A DNA stretch of 64,000 nt from a virus (taxonomy: Duplodnaviria; Caudoviricetes): IMG/VR virus record IMGVR_UViG_3300028591_000188, positions 8,386-72,385 of that record, one strand, 5' to 3'. The position numbers and the translations under genes are program-made. Positions within the stretch are counted from its first letter, which is position 1. Every line of letters starts with the position of its first letter. Below are positions 26,253-35,744 of the stretch, one piece after another. Under the pieces are notes generated by a model. That model was not told the origin of the DNA, searched no databases, and saw only the letters and a list, made by a program, of their open reading frames with translations.

Positions 26253-26723
26253 TTACTTCTTTTCAGATTTAATAGACTTTCCAAAATTTTTTAAGTTCTC
26301 AATAAATTTATTCCTTGGACCAATGAAGTAGTAATCACCTTCACAATTAATACCCATAAGAAGAAGGTCTTTCTTTTCAAAAGCTTCATTTATATAAGAC
26401 CTATATTGTTCCAAATATTCCTTGTATCTTTCACTATCGTTTAATAAATGAGGATTAAGGAGCAGATACAGTTGAAGTACAGTGTCTTTATCTTCCTCTT
26501 TGGTAAGCTTTAATCCAATTACATCATTATCTTCATATCCTCTCATTAAATCCCAAGCATTTTGTTTATCAACAATTAAATTTTGGAATTTAAGTTTAAG
26601 CACTCCTTCAGCACTCTTTTCATACTTTTCACATTCCTCTTTAGTATCCCATAAATTACCATCAAAGGATTCATATTGATAAGTATAGTCTTTTCTGATT
26701 ATTTCTTTCTTGATTTCTTTCAT
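26253..26723 (-). CDS. Hypothetical protein
   Basis: Tiled 156-aa ORF. Confidence 0.65.
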   Translation of the reverse strand: MKEIKKEIIRKDYTYQYESFDGNLWDTKEECEKYEKSAEGVLKLKFQNLIVDKQNAWDLMRGYEDNDVIGLKLTKEEDKDTVLQLYLLLNPHLLNDSERYKEYLEQYRSYINEAFEKKDLLLMGINCEGDYYFIGPRNKFIENLKNFGKSIKSEKK

Positions 26724-26767
26724 TTTATTAAGGTTTTAATATAATTCTTCTTTAATCATATTTATTT

Positions 26768-26998
26768 CTACATTTTTATGTATTTAAGATACTTTGTATA
26801 CAGCCATGTGTTAGCTTGAAAACAAGTATATTCATCACATTTTAAAGTAACTGGATTATTGTTTCTTCTTGCATTCAATACTTGATATACATCCCCCAAA
26901 TAAATTCTCTTACCATAAATATCAACCATTCCAGACCAATAAGATTCAGGTTTGTAATTTACCCACTTTTGGGTGGCTTTATCAAAATAAGTTTTCAT
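26768..26998 (-). CDS. Hypothetical protein, weak YopX-like core
   Basis: SGMVDIYGKRIYLGDV resembles the YopX TGLxDxNGKxIYEGDI pattern. Confidence 0.5.
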   Translation of the reverse strand: MKTYFDKATQKWVNYKPESYWSGMVDIYGKRIYLGDVYQVLNARRNNNPVTLKCDEYTCFQANTWLYTKYLKYIKM

Positions 26999-27000
26999 AT

Positions 27001-27315
27001 TTATTTGGATATTTCATTATCTGCTGCCAATTTAAACAAATCCATAAGTTTTGTAAGATATTCATTTGGAAGAATAAAAACCACTTCATGCCTTAATGGA
27101 TACATTTTAGGTTTTGTTTTTATATCAAATTCATCTCCTTTTTCTATAGCTATAGTATATCTATTATAATCGTTTTTAAAACACTCTTCTACATGTTTAA
27201 TCCTATCTAAGAAACTTAAGATATTTAACTTTCTTGATATTTTTTCTTCCTGTTCTGTAAGCTTATCAAGTTGCTTCTCAAGCTTAGCTTTCTCTTTGAT
27301 TTGTTCTTCAGTCAT
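27001..27315 (-). CDS. Hypothetical coiled-coil protein
   Basis: Tiled ORF. Confidence 0.6.
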   Translation of the reverse strand: MTEEQIKEKAKLEKQLDKLTEQEEKISRKLNILSFLDRIKHVEECFKNDYNRYTIAIEKGDEFDIKTKPKMYPLRHEVVFILPNEYLTKLMDLFKLAADNEISK

Positions 27316-28414
27316 ATTTAGATGGATATTTCATTATTCCTTCCCATACACCAGCTTTCTCAAATTCTTGCTTGATAAGATTAGCTAACACAAGCATATC
27401 AGGATGAGGTTCTCCTGTCTTTCCAAACAACCTTTTATCAAACCAATCTCTCCAATCAGATTCAAAAGCTGTATATGCTATTTCAGATTTAGTTCCTAAT
27501 GGTAATACTTTTCTTGCTTGTTGAGGAGTCCAGCCTTTATCCAAAAGCATCATATAACTTTTTTCACAAGCAAGATTTGCAAAGAACCACCAATCTAAAG
27601 CATCCCATCTGTCAGTTCTATCATTGGAAATATCATCAGCAAAACCAACTAAGCCTTTATAGGTAGGAATTTCTTCTTCATTAACCCAAGATGGAATACC
27701 AACACTAATAGAATTATCATATTTTCCTTTTGAATAGTTACAATATCTTGTAGATTCTTCAGTAGGACTTAATACTCTATTTCTATTGCTCTCTCTCGTA
27801 ATATCAATACTTGTAGTAAGCTTTACAGTTAACCTCTTCTCATGGAATTCTGTTGGTTCACAAAGATATTTCAAATCATCAAGCCAACTATTCTCTTGAA
27901 GCACACGTAGATTTGTCGTAATATATGCTATATGTTCAAAATAAATTCCATCATCATCATATTTGTAATCATCACTTTCATCATATGATAATGATTTATT
28001 TTCATCAACATATGTTCTTTTTGTTGTTATTGGAGAACATCTTTTGTAAGTTGATTCAATATGGCACTTAGAATATTTATTATGATAATATTTAGACGCT
28101 TTTATTGAAGATTCATTTATTATATTAAACTCTTGGAATGGAGATGGAAGCTTATCATGGTCTACAATTTTACGCCACCAAGATTTACCATACGAATCTG
28201 ATATAAATGGAATTTTTAGATATATAGTCCCATGCTCGAGTACTGACCAGTGTTTGCTTTTGATAAGCATATCCACAAACTTCTTTGCAGAGTCATCAGT
28301 CATCTTATCCCAACTGAGATATGATGTTCTCCCAGCCAATTCTATTTGCTTATAAATACCGTCAATACCTGCTTGTTGAGGCAGGTATTGAGCAGATTGA
28401 TTAATTAGTTTCAT
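27308..28414 (-). CDS. thyX: FAD-dependent thymidylate synthase
   Basis: GHWSVLEH-type motif (KHWSVLEHG), RNRVLSPTEESTRYCNY (RHRxxSxxxxSxR-like) and AR.VLP (QARKVLPLG). Confidence 0.85.
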   Translation of the reverse strand: MKLINQSAQYLPQQAGIDGIYKQIELAGRTSYLSWDKMTDDSAKKFVDMLIKSKHWSVLEHGTIYLKIPFISDSYGKSWWRKIVDHDKLPSPFQEFNIINESSIKASKYYHNKYSKCHIESTYKRCSPITTKRTYVDENKSLSYDESDDYKYDDDGIYFEHIAYITTNLRVLQENSWLDDLKYLCEPTEFHEKRLTVKLTTSIDITRESNRNRVLSPTEESTRYCNYSKGKYDNSISVGIPSWVNEEEIPTYKGLVGFADDISNDRTDRWDALDWWFFANLACEKSYMMLLDKGWTPQQARKVLPLGTKSEIAYTAFESDWRDWFDKRLFGKTGEPHPDMLVLANLIKQEFEKAGVWEGIMKYPSKYD

Positions 28415-28700
28415 CTTTTTTATTATTTATATGTTCTATAAATTTCCAGTAAGTAGGAGTATTATACCTCCAACGCCAAGGAAATATATCCACTTTATCA
28501 GAATCAAGGTGAGTTGCACATCCATGATATCTGCTACCAATCCAATATTGTAATCCTATTTTATCATTTTGGTTATAGCATAGAATATTTCCTATATATC
28601 CACTATACTCCTCTTTTAACCCTCTATGAATTATCATTTCAGGAGAAGCAATATCCTCTGGCATTTCTCCTTGCCTACATTTATGCCATTTATAGTCCAT
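28401..28700 (-). CDS. Hypothetical protein
   Basis: Tiled ORF. Confidence 0.6.
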   Translation of the reverse strand: MDYKWHKCRQGEMPEDIASPEMIIHRGLKEEYSGYIGNILCYNQNDKIGLQYWIGSRYHGCATHLDSDKVDIFPWRWRYNTPTYWKFIEHINNKKDETN

Positions 28701-29456
28701 TTAACTTAATTTAAATAATTCCTTAAACAGATTATGAGTATTAATATGGTCACCAATATACTCTGTAGGATGAGAAGTCTTTAATGCTTCAGTAATATTG
28801 TTATACAAATCAAAGGCAGTAAAGTCTTTATCAAACAGGTGTTTAAAGTTCTTACTAAATTGTAACTCTCTCTTAATTATGGACATTTGAGTTATGGTAA
28901 GTACTTCTTTCTTAAAGAATAATTCACCAAGAATATTGTAAGTATCTTGAGGACTAACCTCAAAGTGCTTTAATTCATTCATTTGTCTTACAATATTTTC
29001 AAACGCTGTTTGTAATACTGATATACCACCATTAATATTAGTTACAATATCTTCTTTTGTAGTACTAGTTTCACCTAAGATAACTCCTTTATGAATTCTC
29101 TTATATTGATAATCTCCTGATATACAGCCATTTGTACAAATCATACATACAGTTCCTGCCACTACAACAAAACTCATAGTCTTATCATAAGAGTTTCTAA
29201 ACATAAGTCTTTGTCCAAATTCTCCATCATCTGTACTAATATCATAAGAACCAATTACTCCTTTAACTAAACCAGTATTGGTATTAGTTGTTTTATAGCT
29301 CTCATTCTTTATAATTAATCCAAGACTTCTAAGTTTATCTTCTATTGTATCCATAATAAACTTATTGGATACTGGAGTGTAAGTATCACTATCCCAAGGA
29401 ATAGTAGGAGCATTATACACACTATCCCTATTACTTAAATTAAATTTGTTTCTCAT
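28701..29456 (-). CDS. DUF932-like protein
   Basis: YTPVSN..., FRNSYDKTMSF..VAG..CMICTNG and a C-terminal AFDLYNNITEALK match the DUF932 pattern; start placed at MRNKF (29456). Confidence 0.6.
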   Translation of the reverse strand: MRNKFNLSNRDSVYNAPTIPWDSDTYTPVSNKFIMDTIEDKLRSLGLIIKNESYKTTNTNTGLVKGVIGSYDISTDDGEFGQRLMFRNSYDKTMSFVVVAGTVCMICTNGCISGDYQYKRIHKGVILGETSTTKEDIVTNINGGISVLQTAFENIVRQMNELKHFEVSPQDTYNILGELFFKKEVLTITQMSIIKRELQFSKNFKHLFDKDFTAFDLYNNITEALKTSHPTEYIGDHINTHNLFKELFKLS

Positions 29457-29460
29457 AGTT

Positions 29461-29664
29461 TCATTCTTCTGGATATGGGTTATGGTCATCTGTTTTTGAA
29501 TAACCATTGTCATCAAACATATTTTCTTCTTTAATATTTACTATATGCCAACTTGGAAATTGTCCTTTTATAATTAATTCAGCATCTTCTATACAAGATG
29601 CTTCGATTCTTTTTGTTTTCTTCAAACCTTCTTCGAGTTCTTCAATAATCATTAAGTAAGTCAT
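29461..29664 (-). CDS. Hypothetical protein
   Basis: Tiled ORF. Confidence 0.5.
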   Translation of the reverse strand: MTYLMIIEELEEGLKKTKRIEASCIEDAELIIKGQFPSWHIVNIKEENMFDDNGYSKTDDHNPYPEE

Positions 29665-29669
29665 AATGC

Positions 29670-30272
29670 TTATATCTCTTTATAATATAATAGTGTAGGA
29701 TTATTTTTATGTATATCAACATTAGGATGTAATTTACTAAAAGTCCCTAAATCAAAAGGTTTTGTTATTATATGATAACCATGCAATGTAGGAACTGTCA
29801 AAATTACCTTATTTGTATTGTCAAGAGGTTGGCATTCATTATTTATATACTTTATACATTCATCGACAAATTCCTTTTCTTTTGTATCAATATCTACAAG
29901 AAAAGTCTTATCACTACTTTTACATCTTCCAACTGATGTTGAATATAAATGTTTTACACCATGATAATTTTCTTGACTTAAGTATTCAGCAAGAGTATTT
30001 AATACTTGAAATCCTACATCTTTATAGGTTTTCTTTGATATATGAATATATGCTCTCGCATTGAAAAGTTGACATAATATACTTATTTCATTTTTATGTT
30101 TTTCCAAATATTCAGAGTTTTCAACCATATATTCTCTTATTACATGGTTGTTACTTCCTAAGTATGGATTTTCCTTATTTCTTTGTATAATTTGAAGAAA
30201 ATGGAACTCTCCTTCCTTACAAGGATGAGAGTTCATATATTCTTCAATTAATTGAAAGTTATTTACTACCAT
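29670..30272 (-). CDS. Hypothetical protein with AEP/prim-pol-like motifs
   Basis: FLVDID (DxD) followed by TLHGYHII (sxH-like motif). Confidence 0.45.
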   Translation of the reverse strand: MVVNNFQLIEEYMNSHPCKEGEFHFLQIIQRNKENPYLGSNNHVIREYMVENSEYLEKHKNEISILCQLFNARAYIHISKKTYKDVGFQVLNTLAEYLSQENYHGVKHLYSTSVGRCKSSDKTFLVDIDTKEKEFVDECIKYINNECQPLDNTNKVILTVPTLHGYHIITKPFDLGTFSKLHPNVDIHKNNPTLLYYKEI

Positions 30273-30277
30273 TCTAC

Positions 30278-30505
30278 TTATTTGTGTTTTTTTACTTTAT
30301 ATACTAAAAAGCAATCATCCTTTGTATTTCCATTACTGTATACAATGTATTCATAATCAGGATCTTCTGGAACATTAAACACTGTTGCAAAACAATAACA
30401 TTCTTTATTGTTACGACCTTTGCTTATACGTCCCTGTTGCACTACTTTTAGTATTAGTTGTAATGCTAATTCATCGTTTATACCATCATCTATTCTTATT
30501 TTCAT
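30278..30505 (-). CDS. Hypothetical protein
   Basis: Tiled ORF. Confidence 0.6.
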   Translation of the reverse strand: MKIRIDDGINDELALQLILKVVQQGRISKGRNNKECYCFATVFNVPEDPDYEYIVYSNGNTKDDCFLVYKVKKHK

Positions 30506-30697
30506 TTATGATTTATCGTCTGTGTTTATTTCAAATGTTATTTTACAACCGTTTCCTAGATTACATTCTAAAGATTCATATTTACAACTCTTTGCCGCAC
30601 AATCTAATAATAGTTTGTGTAATCCAGAAATATAAACAATGCTTAAAATATCATTCTCTATATCATTCATTATCAAAATCTTTTCCTGTGCATTCAT
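30506..30697 (-). CDS. Hypothetical protein
   Basis: Tiled ORF. Confidence 0.55.
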   Translation of the reverse strand: MNAQEKILIMNDIENDILSIVYISGLHKLLLDCAAKSCKYESLECNLGNGCKITFEINTDDKS

Positions 30698-30705
30698 ATA
30701 ATAGT

Positions 30706-31035
30706 CTATTTAGGTTCTTTATAATACATCCAATAAGCAACACCTGGAATGTTCCATCCATCATAGTCAACACATATATTCTTATCAACTATATGTCCAA
30801 AACATATTCTTATTGGTGTGCTAAGCTCTTTTCCATTAAGGGTATTGGTTAGAACAATTACTTCTTCATCCATAGGTGGTTGTTCTTTCTTTGCATCATG
30901 CCATCCTAATTGCTCATCTTTCCATTGAGCCATGTCAAGTGCTGACATATAGCAGCAATAGTTTATATCACCAATCTCGCCAAATTCAGATTCTCTGTTA
31001 TTTGCAACTTCTTGGGCTTTCTCTTTGTTTGTCAT
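30706..31035 (-). CDS. Hypothetical protein (DUF551-like W...P...W pattern)
   Basis: GWHDAKKEQPP...EEVIVL...VAYWM. Confidence 0.55.
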   Translation of the reverse strand: MTNKEKAQEVANNRESEFGEIGDINYCCYMSALDMAQWKDEQLGWHDAKKEQPPMDEEVIVLTNTLNGKELSTPIRICFGHIVDKNICVDYDGWNIPGVAYWMYYKEPK

Positions 31036-31036
31036 G

Positions 31037-31435
31037 TCAAATCAAGTTTTCAAGTGTGTATTTAAGTGCTGCTTCAACAGCTTCTTCATAAGATTTTGGT
31101 GTTTCGTTTGTGTATACATCATTGCCAAGATGAGCGAATGCTCTATATACTGTACAGCACCAGTGACTTGCTTTTTCTTCATTATCTGCTTGCCAAGGAT
31201 ATACTATAATATGTAAATCATGCACTTCCCTTAACCATTTGAGAGTCATTTGATGTGTTGGAGCTTGACAGCATCTTTTCTCCCAAGTTGAATTTGTTTC
31301 TCCACAAAACGAGTAGTTTACCTCTTTGGGTTTATCTTCACAATAGTAGGTAACGCAATCAATAAAGTCAACTCCTTTCTCTTTCAAGAGTTTTGCAATT
31401 TCAAAGCTACAATAATCTTCGGTAATTTGTTTCAT
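31037..31435 (-). CDS. Hypothetical protein
   Basis: Tiled ORF. Confidence 0.65.
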   Translation of the reverse strand: MKQITEDYCSFEIAKLLKEKGVDFIDCVTYYCEDKPKEVNYSFCGETNSTWEKRCCQAPTHQMTLKWLREVHDLHIIVYPWQADNEEKASHWCCTVYRAFAHLGNDVYTNETPKSYEEAVEAALKYTLENLI

Positions 31436-31686
31436 TTCTCCTCCTTTTCTTTGAGTTGTTTGATCAATTCATTGGCATATCCAACAGCCAATTCTGACTG
31501 ATGAACAGTTATATCCTCCCCATAGTATCCATCTTGAATCATCGCACATAGAATATCCTTCGCTGCTTCTGCTCGGAAGGATTGCCAGTCAAATTGTTTT
31601 ACATTCCATCGTTCATAGTAGCAGTCTTTCTCTGCATCAGTTGTTCTGTATTGACAACCGAAAACTTTACAATCTTTACATTTCAT
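31432..31686 (-). CDS. Hypothetical protein
   Basis: Tiled ORF; Cys-rich N-terminus. Confidence 0.6.
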   Translation of the reverse strand: MKCKDCKVFGCQYRTTDAEKDCYYERWNVKQFDWQSFRAEAAKDILCAMIQDGYYGEDITVHQSELAVGYANELIKQLKEKEEK

Positions 31687-31891
31687 CTTGCATATATTTT
31701 ATAAACCCTTTTGTAAGAGATGGACTCATTATATCAAACCATTCTTCAGCCTTCTCCAAGAAATCTTGCATGGCTTGGTCGTAACATTCAACAGCGGCTT
31801 CAAACACATCGTTTGCCGAATATTCATTACGGTATAATGGGTCTTTACCATATCCAAGTTCCCTAACTTTCTTTTCTGCAATCTTGCTCAT
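31676..31891 (-). CDS. Hypothetical protein
   Basis: Tiled ORF. Confidence 0.6.
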   Translation of the reverse strand: MSKIAEKKVRELGYGKDPLYRNEYSANDVFEAAVECYDQAMQDFLEKAEEWFDIMSPSLTKGFIKYMQDEM

Positions 31892-32505
31892 TGTTGTTCA
31901 GTTTTAACGATGATAATTCTCACTTTGTCACCGACATTAAACCCATCAATTCTTTGATGAATTGCTGGAATGACAGCATGGTCTGGGTCTTTGCCATACT
32001 GCCAATCGTTGACTATGATGGTTTCCACAGCATCTTTCATCATTTCCTCTTTCATCTTGTTCATCCCAGCAAGCATTGCATGGTCTTCAGCAAGTTCAAT
32101 GGTTTCTTGGTCTTTCTGTTTCTGCCATTCAGCGAAATGATGAGCGATATATCTGATGTCAGACTTTATTTGCTCCTTGTCTGTTGTTGGGAACTTAATA
32201 GCAAGACTATCCTTGATATAGTTTTCAATTTCTTCCTCCAAATCCTCACTTGCAGGTTCCTCTTTACCAAGAGATTTACCACAGTAAGATTCTTTGAATT
32301 GTTCTGTTTGAGCAATTCTCTTATATCGTTCATTGTAGTTTGCCTTTGATGTTTCATCTGAAGGTTCTTCTGGAAGAGAGTTGATGAATCGAAGAATGCC
32401 TTTATAAGCATCAATAGAACCATTGTTATATTCACATTCCAACGGTTCAAGAAGCTCAATTCTTCTTTCAATCTCTTCCTTGATTAGTTGTACTTTGTCT
32501 GACAT
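31888..32505 (-). CDS. Hypothetical protein
   Basis: Tiled 205-aa ORF. Confidence 0.65.
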   Translation of the reverse strand: MSDKVQLIKEEIERRIELLEPLECEYNNGSIDAYKGILRFINSLPEEPSDETSKANYNERYKRIAQTEQFKESYCGKSLGKEEPASEDLEEEIENYIKDSLAIKFPTTDKEQIKSDIRYIAHHFAEWQKQKDQETIELAEDHAMLAGMNKMKEEMMKDAVETIIVNDWQYGKDPDHAVIPAIHQRIDGFNVGDKVRIIIVKTEQQ

Positions 32506-32760
32506 GGTTTACAATTTAATTTTAATTACAAATATTGAATTAAAGAATTGCCATAGCAAATCGTTTAAACTTTTACGATAGTAACCTGAATCATACATGG
32601 TTTAGTACTCCTTTTCATCATTATAATTGGCGTCTTTATATTTTCTATTTCTTCTTTCTTCTAAAGAGTTCCATGAGGCTGCAAAAATTATAAGCAATAT
32701 TATAATTGCTAAAATTCCAATCAAGATTATGAATATTCTCCCAAAAATTCCAATCATAGT

Positions 32761-33018
32761 TTATTCCTCCATTGCTTTGTGCAAATCTTCAATAAAATCT
32801 TGTACTGTTTGATAAGGGAGCTGCCAATTATTGATAATTGATTTATCTGTTAAGTGCGATGCTATGAAATCACATACTTTCTCGGCATCCCAAAGTCCTT
32901 CCTTTGGATGTTGGTCAGCCCATTCTGCACCTTTGATAAAACCTTGATTTAATCTTTTTTGGTCTTCAATATCAAATATGTCATTTGCAGCTTGTTTGAT
33001 TTCTTCTTCTCTTGTCAT
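32761..33018 (-). CDS. Hypothetical protein
   Basis: Tiled ORF with an F..GAEWAD.HP motif. Confidence 0.6.
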   Translation of the reverse strand: MTREEEIKQAANDIFDIEDQKRLNQGFIKGAEWADQHPKEGLWDAEKVCDFIASHLTDKSIINNWQLPYQTVQDFIEDLHKAMEE

Positions 33019-33030
33019 TGTTCTTTGATT

Positions 33031-33267
33031 TTATACTGTTTCGTATGTAAAAACTATTCTTTTACATGGTTCTTCTGTGATGAAAACTTCTTGGCTATAA
33101 GGATACTCTATTTTTCCTGTATTTAAATTCTTCATGGCCCATTTATACGAATGTAGGTTTGGATTTTCTATAGCTTGTCCAACACATAAATTTCCATGCG
33201 ATTCGTAAGCGTAATATTTTCCAATTTCAACAATTGGATTATACTCTACCTCTCTTATTGTTCTCAT
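33031..33267 (-). CDS. Hypothetical protein
   Basis: Tiled ORF. Confidence 0.6.
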   Translation of the reverse strand: MRTIREVEYNPIVEIGKYYAYESHGNLCVGQAIENPNLHSYKWAMKNLNTGKIEYPYSQEVFITEEPCKRIVFTYETV

Positions 33268-33494
33268 TATTTCTTGATTTTACGGATTAGTTCTTCTTGT
33301 TCTTTCTTACGTCTTTCAGCACAATACTTGCAGTTGCCTTTGTGAGCTAATCTATGGTGCATAGTAATATATTCACAAGAATCTATTACTACTTCCTTTA
33401 TTTCTCTTCCAATTTTATAAGAGCCATCTGCGTTTTGCTCAAGACACCCACACATTACAAATGCGAGTGCTAATAATAAGATTAGTTTTTTCAT
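33267..33494 (-). CDS. Small predicted lipoprotein
   Basis: MKKLILLLALAFVMCGC looks like a signal peptide II / lipobox. Confidence 0.55.
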   Translation of the reverse strand: MKKLILLLALAFVMCGCLEQNADGSYKIGREIKEVVIDSCEYITMHHRLAHKGNCKYCAERRKKEQEELIRKIKK

Positions 33495-33497
33495 TGT

Positions 33498-34094
33498 TTA
33501 TTCTTCTTTTGGTAAGGTTTTCAATACATCAAGAGTAATATAATACTCATCTTTTTGTACAAAATCAGAAAGTACAACCCTGCCATCTTGCTGAATGGCT
33601 ACATGACAATCAAGCTCTTCATCTTTTTCAGCTTTCTTCCACTTAGGCAAGTCTTCCATTATTTCATATTGACCTTGTTTATATCCATTATTATAAACAA
33701 TAGTATCTATATTTTTATATGCTTTATCAATCTCTTTGTCAATCTCTGGTTTAAGTTCCTTTCTTGCCAAGTCGAGGAGTGATTCAGCTTCACTTTTAAT
33801 TGTTTCTGGAAAACAGTCAATATTTGAGATATATCTAGCTAGAATATTTCTTACGGCTTTCTCAAACTCGGTAGATTCCTCTTCTGCAAAGAAAAGGTCA
33901 TATTCCCTATGACTTTCATTTTTTCCATCATGGTAGAATATTTGTACTCCATCTAATGTCTCAAATTCAACGAGAGCGACAATTGGCATGTTCCCTCTTT
34001 GGTTTGTGCAAAGAATACGAACATTATGTCCACTTCTTGTCACTACTTTGCGGCTTGGATTTTTAAGATATTTTTCTAATGAGAATTGTTCCAT
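33498..34094 (-). CDS. Hypothetical protein
   Basis: Tiled 198-aa ORF. Confidence 0.65.
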   Translation of the reverse strand: MEQFSLEKYLKNPSRKVVTRSGHNVRILCTNQRGNMPIVALVEFETLDGVQIFYHDGKNESHREYDLFFAEEESTEFEKAVRNILARYISNIDCFPETIKSEAESLLDLARKELKPEIDKEIDKAYKNIDTIVYNNGYKQGQYEIMEDLPKWKKAEKDEELDCHVAIQQDGRVVLSDFVQKDEYYITLDVLKTLPKEE

Positions 34095-34097
34095 AAT

Positions 34098-35390
34098 TTA
34101 AAGTTTTTCTTGTAGGTCAAAAATTAAACTTTCAAGCACTTTTCTGGTTTCTGAATTTGTATGAAGTCCTTTTGTTCTCTTTATCAATGCTTTCATCTGT
34201 TCCTCACTTGGCTTCCAATGGTTAGGCTTAATGGATTTGAGCCAGGTTTGATATTTTGTTATATCATCTTGTAAACACCCAGCAAATTGCCTGTATCTCT
34301 TTGCTCCAGCACAAATAGCAATTAGGTGGTTAATTACATCTTCATCCTCTTCACTCCATTCTTGCTTTGATTTAGGCTGAACACGGTCTTTGAGGGATTT
34401 GAGCCAATCTATGAAATATTTCTTGATATAGTCAGGACTATCAATCGTCTCAAATATTTTATTGAGATTATCTGAATTTTCAATTATCCACTTTACACTA
34501 TTCAAGTTCTTGCTATCCTCTTTGCTCCAAGAAGGTTTCTGCTCTACAAGTTCGTAGTAATCTTGAAACTCTATGTTTACAAACGAATGGCTGTTATTGC
34601 ATACATAATATCCATCTTCTATCTTTTCAATGGTCATCGGAAATACGGTGTTCTCTCCTATTTTATGGATGGTATCGCCAATTTTAAACTTAGGAGTAGG
34701 TTTCTGCTCACCTTGCTTTTCAATCTTATTCAACTCTTTCTTCTCAACATTCCACTCATAACCTGATTCTTTAATCTTTTGGAATAAGAGGTCACGCTGT
34801 TCTTTGGTTGCTGGAGTAACATCATTTGGAATACAAATAGAACTATTAACAACTACACAATTTTCGTTATAATTTAAATTATTGCCAATATAACACGAAT
34901 TACCATCTTTGTAAATCCACAATAATTTACAGCAATGAGAATAAAGAACATCTCCATCCTTTGCATCTTGGATAGTCCAAAGATGCGCATTTTCATCCAC
35001 AGTTACATATTCTAATGATGTACTCAAACCATTTTGGTCAATTAGTTCGTAGCCACATCCGTTATAGTTGACCTTATAGCATTTGTTTTGCCAAACTATC
35101 CACTGCCCATTTTTAAACTTTGGTTCAACTTTATTAGCAAGTTTATTCTCACCTTGCTTTTCAAGCCAAGCAAGACATTTTTCTTTGTGTATTACACACA
35201 TGTTGTCTTTAATAGACTGAATAATTTCTTTCCTTATCCTCTCGTCCTCGGACTCCTTGAGTTCGGGGAAGATGTTTTCTAAATCCCAAACATGATAAAG
35301 TCTATCATTTCTGCCGTTGGGTAAATCGGTAGCAAGTTTTCTTGCTCTTTCAAGAGCTTCTTCATATAATTTTTTGTAATCTTTACTCAT
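34098..35390 (-). CDS. Mosaic repeat protein typical of Bacteroidetes phages
   Basis: Internal repeats EKQGE(N/Q)K...PKFK.G (twice) and WS.ED...WLKS.K (twice), plus WTIQDAKDGDVL and WKPSEEQM. Confidence 0.7.
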   Translation of the reverse strand: MSKDYKKLYEEALERARKLATDLPNGRNDRLYHVWDLENIFPELKESEDERIRKEIIQSIKDNMCVIHKEKCLAWLEKQGENKLANKVEPKFKNGQWIVWQNKCYKVNYNGCGYELIDQNGLSTSLEYVTVDENAHLWTIQDAKDGDVLYSHCCKLLWIYKDGNSCYIGNNLNYNENCVVVNSSICIPNDVTPATKEQRDLLFQKIKESGYEWNVEKKELNKIEKQGEQKPTPKFKIGDTIHKIGENTVFPMTIEKIEDGYYVCNNSHSFVNIEFQDYYELVEQKPSWSKEDSKNLNSVKWIIENSDNLNKIFETIDSPDYIKKYFIDWLKSLKDRVQPKSKQEWSEEDEDVINHLIAICAGAKRYRQFAGCLQDDITKYQTWLKSIKPNHWKPSEEQMKALIKRTKGLHTNSETRKVLESLIFDLQEKL

Positions 35391-35554
35391 ATTAAAATGG
35401 TGTTTTTAGTCCTTTTGAATATGCTTCAAAATATAGTTTTTGTGTTTCTGTTAGATTATTGAACCATTCATCAAAATACCTAATATATTTAGGATGGACA
35501 GTTTTTCTCCATTCATTATATAAATATTCCTTCATACTTCTTATAAAATTAATA

Positions 35555-35727
35555 AACACAAGTATCCTAACTCTTCTCCATACATTTCTATATGGTTAAA
35601 TAAATGGTTACACACTAAGCTCGCCATCCAGTAACTCAAAGTTTGCTGTAGCCGACCCGTCACACATATTTTTTGAGTGGCCAATCTCAATAAGGTTCGT
35701 TGCTCTCGGCATAGTAATACTTGTGTT
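35555..35727 (-). ncRNA. Candidate structured non-coding RNA
   Basis: Intergenic segment closed by an 11-bp inverted repeat (AACACAAGTAT/ATACTTGTGTT), with an internal GCCGA/TCGGC stem and a CCAUAUA-GAAA-UGUAUGG GNRA hairpin. Confidence 0.4.
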
Positions 35728-35744
35728 ATAATAGACTTTTATTA

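Noticed and set aside
35610-35712. 34-codon ORF (MPRATNLIEIGHS...) inside the candidate ncRNA
   Set aside because: It is short with no recognisable motif, and the base-paired structure explains the region better. It is not excluded.
35555-35727. Retron msr-msd or DGR element (inverted repeats flanking a structured segment)
   Set aside because: No reverse transcriptase gene is present in the window, and no template/variable repeat pair was seen.
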